This document shows, one piece after another, positions 45,020 to 54,023 of a DNA stretch of 54,023 nucleotides (the stretch's first letter is position 1; each line of letters starts with the position of its first letter). This stretch comes from a virus (taxonomy: Duplodnaviria > Caudoviricetes). The notes below the pieces were generated by a model. That model saw only the letters and a program-made list of their open reading frames with translations. It was not told where the DNA came from and made no database searches. The translations under genes and the position numbers were made by a program. Location of the stretch: the IMG/VR virus record IMGVR_UViG_3300035659_001009, positions 1 to 54,023 of that record, one strand, 5' to 3'.

Positions 45020-47288
45020 CACCATCCCTGACCCACCCTTCATGATTCGTGTCTTTGCCTGGCCATGCCAGACAGAATGCGTATGCTGCTTTCATACCTT
45101 TCAACTTCTTTAGAAACTCGGTGTACATCAGTGCCTTGTCTACATCTGGTACGATGGGGCTGTTACAGCTGTACTCTGTAAGCATCAGGAGTTTGTTCGG
45201 GAACAGCCTCTGTACCGATCGCCAATACATCCCGCCATCCTCGGAGTCCATCTGCCAGTGACCAACTCCTCGATCTTGCCAGTACGAATGCACCCCAAAC
45301 CAATCGGCCCCCGCAACCGCTGCGCTGGCTTCTTGTATGAACCTGTCACTCGCAGCGCACCAGTCTGTATTCGTGAACTGAGGCGATAGTCCAGGAAAGC
45401 CAAATAATGCATTCGGCATTGTGCGTCGCAGGATAAGGCACACCTCATTGAACCATTCCCCAAACTTCGCTCCGTTGGCCCAGTTCCACTTCCAACCTTC
45501 TCCAAGCAGATTCGGTTCGTTGTGCACCTCGAAGTATCGAATCCCTTCACTGTAAAAGACAAGCGCAGGAGTACCGCAGTAGTCAACGAATTGTTGGGAT
45601 GTGAATGGGCTGTCGACATTTGCGGGGAACATCAAGCGTGCGATTACAGACTTGATGCTTGCAACACTTCGTACCTGGTCAACAAGTACACGCGCTTCCT
45701 CTGGATCCTGGACCGTGAGCAATTTGGCAGTTGGCACCCTGCTGACACGTAATGCTTCAATTTCTACTGAGGTCAGAGGACGTGCTTCTGCAGTACTAAC
45801 TCCGCTCAGTGCGGTCGTGGTGGTTGGTGGCTCTATAGGAGGTTCTATGGGTGTGCCTTTGTGAAGCACCAACATGGCACGGTCGGGATTGTTGTCCTGC
45901 TCGTGACACTCGCCCCACGCCACGTCGAGGTTAGGCTGAACGACCGCCGGCAAGTTATTCGGGTCGTGAACTTTGATCGTACCATCTGATAGGTATCCGA
46001 CAGGTACGACGTAGTGAGGGCCTAAGTAGGGTGTGCTCTTGCCCGGTTGATTGATATATCGCGCGTTGACCAATAAGATTATGCGTGCACCATCTCGAAG
46101 CATCGCTCGCAAGATGTACAGTGTCTGGTCACGCTTGTCTTCGAGATAGTATCCAAAGGCAACTGCCGCAGTTTGCAGTTGTGCAAATGAGATTGGTTGG
46201 CCAGGTTGAGCACCGGTCTTGCGAAACACGTCGTTGACGGTGACATCCTCGTCATAACTGTTCAGGCCCATTGCCAGACAGGCAGCTCCACAATCTGTAG
46301 ACGAGTCATTTGCGGACACTTTGTTGTTCTGAGACATGTACGGAATGCCTACCTGAACATCACTGTCAACTGGAGTCTCTGGTGCTATTGGGATCAACTG
46401 CGTCACAATCTCCTGGAGCGTCGGGATCGCGTTTTCAAGGTTCACGCTCCCGCCACCAAAATTGTAATCACCAAGCTCAAACATGGCCGTGCCAAGCAAG
46501 TATGCATCTTTAGCAGCTTCCTGCAAATACCAGAACATATCTTGCTGTCTGATTGACTTGCCATACTCATGATAAAACTCTGGGCAATATGTTTCGGTGC
46601 TGTAGACATAAGGCATTAGCCGATTATTGGCGTCTTGTATGGATTTCCACAAGCGCCAGCGCAAGGCCGAGCCTGCAACATAAGCGTCTTTGAATAGAAC
46701 ATACTCAGGCGTTGCTGCTCCGTCATGCAGGGCGAGAATGTGCCCGCGCTGCGCCATCTCATCCAGGAGTGGCGACATCATTTCTATGAATACCTCTGTC
46801 GGCGTTCCGCTTGAAAAGCCGCCAATGGCAAGTTTGATTCCACCATATTGTGTGTCGGCCAATCTCATGCACTCGCGCGAAAATGCAATGAGATTTGTCA
46901 TTTGCAAAACGTTGGATGGATTGGGTTCATTGTATGGCTCGTAAAAATGTGCCTTGTTGAATCGCCAGATTCGCCAGCAGCCCTCCATCCAACCTTTTGC
47001 TATCGTTGCAGATTGGTCAGGAGGCCACGAGTAATCATAGGGTGGGTTATCACTGTACTCATCCCATTTTCCATTCGGAAAGTGGTATTGAGCGTCTGTA
47101 CGCCATACCACATAGCTTTTGTCAGAAGCTGTCGTAGTTTCGAGTCCCCCACCATTCTTGAAACATTTTGTCCCGCTGACAGCGCGACCAGCGACAGCAC
47201 AGTTTCTTAGGAAATCACTAAAGCCGTTGCGTGAACCGATGCTTACATGAAATCCAAACATGGTTGGTGGACGAATGTATCCAATCAT
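44982..47288 (-). CDS. candidate lysin: GH-like / C39-peptidase-like / GH-like
   Basis: EPYNEPN...HD...TE; Q...CGAACLAM...HYVV...HDP; EVHNEPN...HSYW...TEY. Confidence 0.7.
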   Translation of the reverse strand: MIGYIRPPTMFGFHVSIGSRNGFSDFLRNCAVAGRAVSGTKCFKNGGGLETTTASDKSYVVWRTDAQYHFPNGKWDEYSDNPPYDYSWPPDQSATIAKGWMEGCWRIWRFNKAHFYEPYNEPNPSNVLQMTNLIAFSRECMRLADTQYGGIKLAIGGFSSGTPTEVFIEMMSPLLDEMAQRGHILALHDGAATPEYVLFKDAYVAGSALRWRLWKSIQDANNRLMPYVYSTETYCPEFYHEYGKSIRQQDMFWYLQEAAKDAYLLGTAMFELGDYNFGGGSVNLENAIPTLQEIVTQLIPIAPETPVDSDVQVGIPYMSQNNKVSANDSSTDCGAACLAMGLNSYDEDVTVNDVFRKTGAQPGQPISFAQLQTAAVAFGYYLEDKRDQTLYILRAMLRDGARIILLVNARYINQPGKSTPYLGPHYVVPVGYLSDGTIKVHDPNNLPAVVQPNLDVAWGECHEQDNNPDRAMLVLHKGTPIEPPIEPPTTTTALSGVSTAEARPLTSVEIEALRVSRVPTAKLLTVQDPEEARVLVDQVRSVASIKSVIARLMFPANVDSPFTSQQFVDYCGTPALVFYSEGIRYFEVHNEPNLLGEGWKWNWANGAKFGEWFNEVCLILRRTMPNALFGFPGLSPQFTNTDWCAASDRFIQEASAAVAGADWFGVHSYWQDRGVGHWQMDSEDGGMYWRSVQRLFPNKLLMLTEYSCNSPIVPDVDKALMYTEFLKKLKGMKAAYAFCLAWPGKDTNHEGWVRDGVMTQIPQVLGQL

Positions 47289-48277
47289 TTGCTATTCCTC
47301 TTCACAAGAGGCAACCTGATGTAGTTGAGTGGATAGTAGACAAGAACACGTAGTTGCGTTTGATCCACATAGACGTCTTGATTCCACCTAGCATAGTTAC
47401 CATCGTACAATGCAGGCCAGAGTGTTGATGGTTGCGACCAATCTGGTCGAGAATAGATGAACACTGTCACATTCCGAGCGACAGCGGTTGCCGTAGCAGC
47501 AAACGAATACCAAATATTAGGTGAATTCTTATCGATTCGTTGGGCGTCGCCTTCAGGTGACCAGACAACATTTGTGCTAGAAGGTGACGTACCACCCATT
47601 GGATCAATGCCAACTTTGAGGTGCATCGCAGTTGGTCGGTCACTTCGCTGACCTTTCGAACAGTTTGCCCAGTCCAAACACTGGAACGCTTGAATATACG
47701 CACTGAACGTCCCCACGTTTCCTTTTCCGACTTCGACTGTTTGGAAATACCAGAACTCGCATTGCCTTCCTACACATATCACTTTGGCGCTTGCATCGCC
47801 CTCTTTAGTTCTGAGACCTCCATGCTCAATAGCAAGTACTCGATCGGCTTCTGGCATCATCCAACTGCACCCCTCATCGTTAGAACACTTACCACTCTCC
47901 TGGACACAATTCAGTGGGCAAGTGTAGGTGCATCCTGGTTGATCATGAGTACAAGGCGGATGAGGCGACCATCCAAACGACCAACCCCAAGGGAGTTTAA
48001 CTGTTGAATAATCTCGTGTTTCTTCGTATGGCGAGTTCATTCCACCATTAGTCGTGGCATCTGCTATAACGATTGGTACTTGTAGTGGCTGAACAACCAC
48101 TACCGGAGGTAGAGTAGCTGGTACCGCCGGCGTTGCCAAAGGAGATACAGGAGGTGTCAGCGTGACCAACGGACTAACAGGCGGCGTGACCGAAGGCGTG
48201 ATGGGAGCAGGCGTGACAGTGGGTGTGCATGCCCCAACAAGCAAGACAAATACAAGGAACATCATAAAGTGTTTCAT
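47285..48277 (-). CDS. lipoprotein with Pro/Thr linker and C-terminal LPLV motif
   Basis: LVGA|C lipobox, TPPVSPL repeats, VGIDP.GG domain, YIRLPLVKR tail. Confidence 0.75.
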   Translation of the reverse strand: MKHFMMFLVFVLLVGACTPTVTPAPITPSVTPPVSPLVTLTPPVSPLATPAVPATLPPVVVVQPLQVPIVIADATTNGGMNSPYEETRDYSTVKLPWGWSFGWSPHPPCTHDQPGCTYTCPLNCVQESGKCSNDEGCSWMMPEADRVLAIEHGGLRTKEGDASAKVICVGRQCEFWYFQTVEVGKGNVGTFSAYIQAFQCLDWANCSKGQRSDRPTAMHLKVGIDPMGGTSPSSTNVVWSPEGDAQRIDKNSPNIWYSFAATATAVARNVTVFIYSRPDWSQPSTLWPALYDGNYARWNQDVYVDQTQLRVLVYYPLNYIRLPLVKRNSK

Positions 48278-48600
48278 TTCTTCTCCTTTGCCAGTTTGGT
48301 AGTAGTTACTTTGTCACAGAGTGTGGAAATCCACTCTGCCCACGCGCCAAGCCAATCATTCTTGTTGGCACACAGGTCAGCAAGCCACTGGAAAGCGTCT
48401 TCTGGGAAGTCGCAGTCTATAGTTACACCACCCGACTTGCCTAGTTCTCTGAGATCGACCTGTGCAGGAATCTCCTGTGCAGCGATAGCATACTTGGCTC
48501 GCTTCACTGTTCGCATCACGGACTGTGGACCTTTCGTCTCAATGCACAATTGATTGACCACGATCCGTTCACCTAAGTTGAGTTGCAAAGTAGTTTCCAT
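48274..48600 (-). CDS. hypothetical protein (tail-fibre associated)
   Basis: AAAGGAG RBS before METTLQ. Confidence 0.6.
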   Translation of the reverse strand: METTLQLNLGERIVVNQLCIETKGPQSVMRTVKRAKYAIAAQEIPAQVDLRELGKSGGVTIDCDFPEDAFQWLADLCANKNDWLGAWAEWISTLCDKVTTTKLAKEKK

Positions 48601-48647
48601 TTGACTTCTCCTTTCAATACCCACCGCATTTGGCGCGGCGTCAACTA

Positions 48648-51600
48648 TCACGCACTGAAATACGTTATACTGAACATGAGTTGTGTGTTGGCCTGGATGT
48701 CGGCAGCCAAGGCCGCTGGATTGCCCGCTGACCACTTTTGTACAATAGCAGTAGTAGTGTTTATAGCCACATATCCTGTCAGCATCGTTGTGGCGGTATT
48801 GATCAGATTCGAGCCATAGACCGCGACTGCTGAATAAAACTGAATTCCATTTGCGCAAGTGAATGGAAGCCCGTTGAGAGTCAAGATTCCAACCGGACTA
48901 GATACCGACGAAACATTCAATAGGCCAGTCACCGTCACCAGTCGTCCTATTTTCGTATAGGACAGTGTATTGATGTTGAGGGTGACCGTGCCACTCGTGC
49001 CGCACGTCAGTGTCACGGTGACTGTGCCTTCTTCATAGTCATCCAGTGTATTGACGCCAGCCGATGCCGCCTGCACTGCCGGGAATGTAATCTGTCCACC
49101 CGTGACTGTCAACACTCCATCTATAATCAGGGAATCAGGCGTTCGCCATGTATCCGCCCCACCCCGATACCACAACACGTCACTGACAGAACCGGCCTGC
49201 AATCCGCCTGTCGCTCCATCAGTCAAGGCAGTCAGAAATTTGCCACTGGCTATCGTGTTGCTATCTGTGAACGCGTTGGCCGTTCCGAGCAAGGCCGCCG
49301 TGCCCGTTGCGGGGACAGTTAGAGTAGCGGTAGCACTTGCCGCGAGAGTTAGGACATTCGCGCCACTCATAATCAATACAGACTCTTGGATTTGATAGGT
49401 TCCTGTCCAGCTTGCAATACGTCCCGCCGTCACAGAGCCTATCTGCGTAACATAGGCAGACGCATCTGCCCATGACATATTACCAGCGCCATCATTGGTC
49501 AGCACGCCTACTGCGTTGATGGGAATCGTCCAGACAGTTGCCGCCGCTGCCCCCGTTGCCAGAGTCAGCGTGTTTGTGCCGGTCTTGATTAGGGTACTAG
49601 CCTGTAGTGTGTTGACATCAGTCACCCATTCTGCAATACGCCCTGCTGTGCCTGTACCCGTCACTGCCGTGCCTGTTTTGGGCACGGTCAGCGTATATGT
49701 TCCAAGTGCAAGCGTGCCCCCACCCGAGATAGTGGTTGCTGCATTGGGCAAGGTCAGACTACAGGATGTGCCACCGCCCAATAGAGAGAAGCCTGTGGCG
49801 GCAAGAGTCAACGATCCAGTATTTTCTAAGGTAATGGCGGCATTCGCCAGAGTGGTCGAACCAGTTACCGTCAAAGTCTTGGCCGATGTGATATTCAAAT
49901 ATCCAGCAGACCAGCCTGGATTGAATGGAGTAGCCCCCGTCACCAGAAATTGATACTGAACCGTGCCCACTCCAACCAATGCGGGTGCAACAGTGATTGC
50001 ATGAGTGTGAGTCGTCGTTGTTACAGCATTGGTTGTAGCACTCGTTAGGGTGCTTGGCGTCCCTAGAGTGATAACTTGGTTTGTGAGTCCAAGTCCATGA
50101 TTGGGAGAGGCCAGAGTAACATCACCCGTATTTGTGCCCGAGAGTGTCACTACTCCAGCAGAGTTCATCACACGAATCTCACCTGATGCACTATAGAGCG
50201 ATACTCCATTCGCCAAAGTGCCCACCGGAGCCGTACCGTTGAACAGGTCTAGATGAGTTGTGCCTTCGGTTGTTGCACGGAGCGCATTGCTACCAAGCTT
50301 GAGATTTGCCGTTGGAATGTAGACATAGGAAGCCAATATTGACAGTGGAATAAAGGCATTGTCCGCAGTGTTTCTAGCGTACCAATACGCGCCATACGTT
50401 GAATTGAAATATGGACTGAATCTAAGGTTGCCAGATGCCCCCGCCAGGGTCAGGGCGACAACCATGTCCGCCACAGTGACAGTTTGACCTACCGTGAACG
50501 CATTAGCAGTCCCGAGCAGGGCGGTCGTGCCCGTAGCGGGAACAGTTAGTGTAAACGCACCCGCGAATGACAATGCGCCCGTGCTCCATAACACATCTGT
50601 TGCGTCGCGGGTGACAACACTCCCTGTGATGCCACTTAGCGCCATGCGAGTTAGTGTGGGAACAACACCTTGTCCAGTTGGGATGTCACCTCTCACAATT
50701 GTATCCGGAGTAGTTTGGAGGTGCGTTGTACTAAGGATTGCGTGGTCGCCCACGCCAGTTGATCCAGTAAACCATGGAAGGTCGCTCGAACCGATCGTAC
50801 GCCAAGTAGGTTTAGCCGCTACCCCGCCCGTTGGACCGGCCCAGAACTCATGAGGGTCTTGAACCTGGACATCAAGTTGCTGCCCATTCAGTATGAATGT
50901 CAGGCCTGCGTCAACTGATAAAGTTACGGGTGGATGTGTGCCTGTCCCAGGATCGCCATAGCCTTGTACGACTGAGCGCATGTCCCAAATGTAACCCCAA
51001 TCGATTGTGCTATAATGACCATTGAGGAGCATCGCGGCCAACACGATTCCTGCTCCTACAGGCGGAATGCCGACCACGGGCTCCGGGTTGATTATTGCGC
51101 CAGTGTATGCAAATAGAGACCCTGTTACATATCCCAGGTTCTCAGATGCATCAATGTATACTGTAACGAATCGAGCTTGAGCACTGCTTGCTGGTACCAA
51201 GGCTGTCATGTCGGCAGTGTCCGTACCAGGATACCAATGGTATACACCAGCCCACATATAATAGTCACCCCACACTCGCGCTCTCATCGAAGCCGGTGTA
51301 GTAGGAACAACATTGAGTGGCATCCACTGTTGCTTGTTTACCCAAACGACATCGTCACCAACCGCGTAGTTAGTTCCTGTTCCGCCATAGAACATATGTT
51401 GCAAAGCATGGTTTGGTAAGAACGGCTGTCCACCAAAGCCCCCTGGAGAACCGCCAGTGTTACGCCCTACTACCTCCCACCGACCACTTATCCATACCAC
51501 CTTTATTGGTGTGTTGAATCTTCGAAGGACTGTGTCGTTGAAGACTTTTACAACCTCAGCATCATTCCCACGTAGGCGTGCATAGCAGTAGTCAGGGTTG

Positions 51601-51731
51601 CCTGGTACGGCAATCAGAGTGCCCTGAGCCGTATATGCACCCAGGAGGGCGGGTACTTCGTCCGCAACGTCTTGCTTCTCGTTGAGGACCCTTGCGAGTT
51701 CGTTTCGTAGGATGACTTGTGTTGGTCTCAT
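48648..51731 (-). CDS. tail fibre / receptor-binding protein
   Basis: 1027 aa, Thr/Gly/Ala-rich, internal repeats, C-terminal LDDYEEGT...YTKIGRLV...GLPF module. Confidence 0.85.
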   Translation of the reverse strand: MRPTQVILRNELARVLNEKQDVADEVPALLGAYTAQGTLIAVPGNPDYCYARLRGNDAEVVKVFNDTVLRRFNTPIKVVWISGRWEVVGRNTGGSPGGFGGQPFLPNHALQHMFYGGTGTNYAVGDDVVWVNKQQWMPLNVVPTTPASMRARVWGDYYMWAGVYHWYPGTDTADMTALVPASSAQARFVTVYIDASENLGYVTGSLFAYTGAIINPEPVVGIPPVGAGIVLAAMLLNGHYSTIDWGYIWDMRSVVQGYGDPGTGTHPPVTLSVDAGLTFILNGQQLDVQVQDPHEFWAGPTGGVAAKPTWRTIGSSDLPWFTGSTGVGDHAILSTTHLQTTPDTIVRGDIPTGQGVVPTLTRMALSGITGSVVTRDATDVLWSTGALSFAGAFTLTVPATGTTALLGTANAFTVGQTVTVADMVVALTLAGASGNLRFSPYFNSTYGAYWYARNTADNAFIPLSILASYVYIPTANLKLGSNALRATTEGTTHLDLFNGTAPVGTLANGVSLYSASGEIRVMNSAGVVTLSGTNTGDVTLASPNHGLGLTNQVITLGTPSTLTSATTNAVTTTTHTHAITVAPALVGVGTVQYQFLVTGATPFNPGWSAGYLNITSAKTLTVTGSTTLANAAITLENTGSLTLAATGFSLLGGGTSCSLTLPNAATTISGGGTLALGTYTLTVPKTGTAVTGTGTAGRIAEWVTDVNTLQASTLIKTGTNTLTLATGAAAATVWTIPINAVGVLTNDGAGNMSWADASAYVTQIGSVTAGRIASWTGTYQIQESVLIMSGANVLTLAASATATLTVPATGTAALLGTANAFTDSNTIASGKFLTALTDGATGGLQAGSVSDVLWYRGGADTWRTPDSLIIDGVLTVTGGQITFPAVQAASAGVNTLDDYEEGTVTVTLTCGTSGTVTLNINTLSYTKIGRLVTVTGLLNVSSVSSPVGILTLNGLPFTCANGIQFYSAVAVYGSNLINTATTMLTGYVAINTTTAIVQKWSAGNPAALAADIQANTQLMFSITYFSA

Positions 51732-54023
51732 TTAGATTGTTTGTGTAACGATAGTAGGATAGTGCCCAGCACCATGCCGACCAGCCCAGTTAGCCCCCAT
51801 CTTGGCGACCCAGTCACCGTCCTTGACAACCCACTCAGTTTCGCCTGTTGCACGATAAATGATAAAGTTAGCTGCGGCCCCCTCTACAGCACATGCTAAT
51901 AATTCGCCATAGCCCGCTGTACCAAGACAAAACGACGCAAAAGACCGATTTGCAATTCCAAAGGCGTGTAATGGTGTGTCTAAGGCAGATGCACCATTCA
52001 TTAGCATCCCATCTGATGCCCGAACGGTCAGTACATTTCCTCCATCGGAGATAATCGGTCCCCCTCCAACGCCAGTATATACTAACGTGGCAGTTGCTCC
52101 ACCATCTACATAGGAATACAAGTTATTACTCCAGACAATAAAACCAGTGGCTACCTTGGATGGGTCGCCTTGTGGACCGGGGACATAGAGAACATTCGCA
52201 TTCGCAGCCCCATCTAACTCTCTTACTCCGATGGCGGGCACGCCTCCCGCTCCTAGCGCGAGTCTTACACTTACGCCAGAGGAGATGGAATACTGAAGGG
52301 CTCCAACTGGCAGTGTTGGACCAGTAGCAACTGCTAGTCCGGTCTTGCCATATAAGTAATGTCCTTGCGGATTACCTGTCCAACCCGAAGAGTAGACGAT
52401 TCCATCATCACCGCAACCCAAAGACACAAGTCCAACACCATCTAGAGCGATAGCCTGATTGTGAGAAACGATTAGACTGAATAACGGCACGGCAGCAGCA
52501 GTATCGCTACAGTACCATAATCCGTCCGTATCGCTAGCACTCCCGGCTCCGGTTATCAACCACGCTTCGCCAGTAAGCGAGAGCACTAAGTTGCAGAAGT
52601 CACCCACAGCAGGATTTGCCAATGCACCGATTTTCAGGTTCGTCCAGATAGTAGGCTCGCTAGCATAGAAGTTCGTGGACCGCCCCAGTTGACTGTAATT
52701 CATTGCAAGAACGATAGGTGTAACTGTGGGAGGTATTGGTGGTATGATGATTGGCGGCTCGACACTGTTAATGGGCCCCGGGGGTATAACAGGAATCTGC
52801 TTCGAGAAGCCGGGAGGTCCCCACGCCTCTGCAAACGCCTCGAGGTCGCTTAGTACATGTTGCTGCCTCGCATTGTAAATGTGTCGTATACGACTAACCT
52901 GTATCCGAGAACTCACAATGTATGGGAAGCCCCGAACTTGGGCCCATTGTTGCGGAGCGATATCGGCCTTTGTCCACCTTCCTACGACAGGTATTTGAAT
53001 TCGGGGATAACGATTGATGCGATCAGCATATATGAACCCAGCAATCTCGTTTAGCCACGTTTGAGAGTTTACATTCGAAGGCAGTGACAGTCCTTCGACA
53101 GTCTCGGAAGAACCATACCTATCCGGAACCGGACCAGGCACACTCGACAAGTAAGCATTGAACGTTCCGGTTGCACCCAAGAATGCGAGACCACCAACCT
53201 CCATATAAGAGACATCGGGGATCGCAGCCTCATCGACTTGAGGTTCCGCACGCCAATCTTCTCGCTCGATAATATAACTGGTTCCTTTGCGACTAGCTAG
53301 TGCAAGGGTATTCTGGTCTCTCTCGCACCAGAGCGTTCCCTGGGCATCGCAAACCATGTCACCCCGTAAGGCTACTTTGAGAAAGTCCCTTACCGGACTG
53401 AATCCTCCACCCCGTGCAAAGTCAGCCTTTTGAATTGCATACGTGTTCGTGATTGGTCTAACATCTGCAATCTGGAGTACGGTAGTCTTCCATCTGAGGT
53501 GTGCTGCAACGGCTGAGTCAAGGTCCATGTTACGAACGTCGTTCCACGTATATGGCCCCGTTGCTCTGTAGGCGAGTGAGGAACCAAACACGTCAAGTTT
53601 ATTTAGTACGAGCGAAAGGCTAACTGCTGTAAACTCTGTTCGATTCTTTGCGTAGTCGAACTTGATCGTGTTCTCTTGTACATACCCAACGAAAGCGGTG
53701 TATGGCCGAGCCCCGGTGCCCACAGGCTTCTTCCAACGCAACATGATAATAGCGCCATCGTGCAAGTCGCTCCAAGTCTCAGTAGTCCAGCAACGTACCG
53801 TGTAACCACCAGTTGGGCGAGCACCCTCGAATGAACTAATCCCCCAACGTCTCTTAGGTTCTCCAATAAATATGTGACGATATCCCGTAAATGACCTGCC
53901 CAAACTATCATGGACGTGGCACCAAGCGAGCCATGAGCCTGGAGTATCAAACCTGAAGAGATCCGTTCCAATTAGCGTCCCACTCTCACAGCCAAATGTT
54001 GCTGTGCCAAATGTTGCCCCACC
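51732..54023 (-). CDS. tail/baseplate structural protein (5' end beyond window)
   Basis: Frame is open to 54023; DAQGTLW hub-like segment, Pro-rich linker, C-terminal beta domain. Confidence 0.65.
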   Translation of the reverse strand, partial: GGATFGTATFGCESGTLIGTDLFRFDTPGSWLAWCHVHDSLGRSFTGYRHIFIGEPKRRWGISSFEGARPTGGYTVRCWTTETWSDLHDGAIIMLRWKKPVGTGARPYTAFVGYVQENTIKFDYAKNRTEFTAVSLSLVLNKLDVFGSSLAYRATGPYTWNDVRNMDLDSAVAAHLRWKTTVLQIADVRPITNTYAIQKADFARGGGFSPVRDFLKVALRGDMVCDAQGTLWCERDQNTLALASRKGTSYIIEREDWRAEPQVDEAAIPDVSYMEVGGLAFLGATGTFNAYLSSVPGPVPDRYGSSETVEGLSLPSNVNSQTWLNEIAGFIYADRINRYPRIQIPVVGRWTKADIAPQQWAQVRGFPYIVSSRIQVSRIRHIYNARQQHVLSDLEAFAEAWGPPGFSKQIPVIPPGPINSVEPPIIIPPIPPTVTPIVLAMNYSQLGRSTNFYASEPTIWTNLKIGALANPAVGDFCNLVLSLTGEAWLITGAGSASDTDGLWYCSDTAAAVPLFSLIVSHNQAIALDGVGLVSLGCGDDGIVYSSGWTGNPQGHYLYGKTGLAVATGPTLPVGALQYSISSGVSVRLALGAGGVPAIGVRELDGAANANVLYVPGPQGDPSKVATGFIVWSNNLYSYVDGGATATLVYTGVGGGPIISDGGNVLTVRASDGMLMNGASALDTPLHAFGIANRSFASFCLGTAGYGELLACAVEGAAANFIIYRATGETEWVVKDGDWVAKMGANWAGRHGAGHYPTIVTQTI

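Noticed and set aside
48648-51731. Diversity-generating retroelement acting on the tail fibre
   Set aside because: No reverse transcriptase in the window, and repeat differences are synonymous rather than adenine-specific
1-54023. Stop-codon reassignment, or integrase/lysogeny module
   Set aside because: Conserved genes are intact in the standard code and end in TAA, TAG and TGA; no recombinase recognised in this window

Overview
Most of a tailed-phage (Caudoviricetes) genome; both window ends fall inside minus-strand virion genes. Minus strand 1-19.2 kb is the packaging/head operon: TerS, TerL with a class-3-type LAGLIDADG intein and a frame break in a G8 run, portal, scaffold/protease and major capsid protein. 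Between capsid and head-tail connector lies a block of about 8 glycosyltransferases plus a methyltransferase. A 45-bp palindromic sigma70-type promoter at 19.25 kb starts the plus-strand arm. That arm holds small early genes with repeated leader motifs and long hairpins, an AT-rich gap, HNH paralogues and a ~600-nt highly structured non-coding element (27.6-28.2 kb). Replication/recombination genes follow (RuvC-like, SNF2 helicase, PD-(D/E)XK nuclease, AAA_24, SSB-like, primase-helicase, UDG-fused PolA), with a 7-deazaguanine DNA-modification set (queC, queD, queE, folE and a DpdA/TGT-like gene). Minus strand 45-54 kb carries a GH-C39-GH lysin candidate, a lipoprotein and tail genes. The host is inferred, not shown, to be Chloroflexota. 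All calls come from reading motifs by eye; no searches were run.
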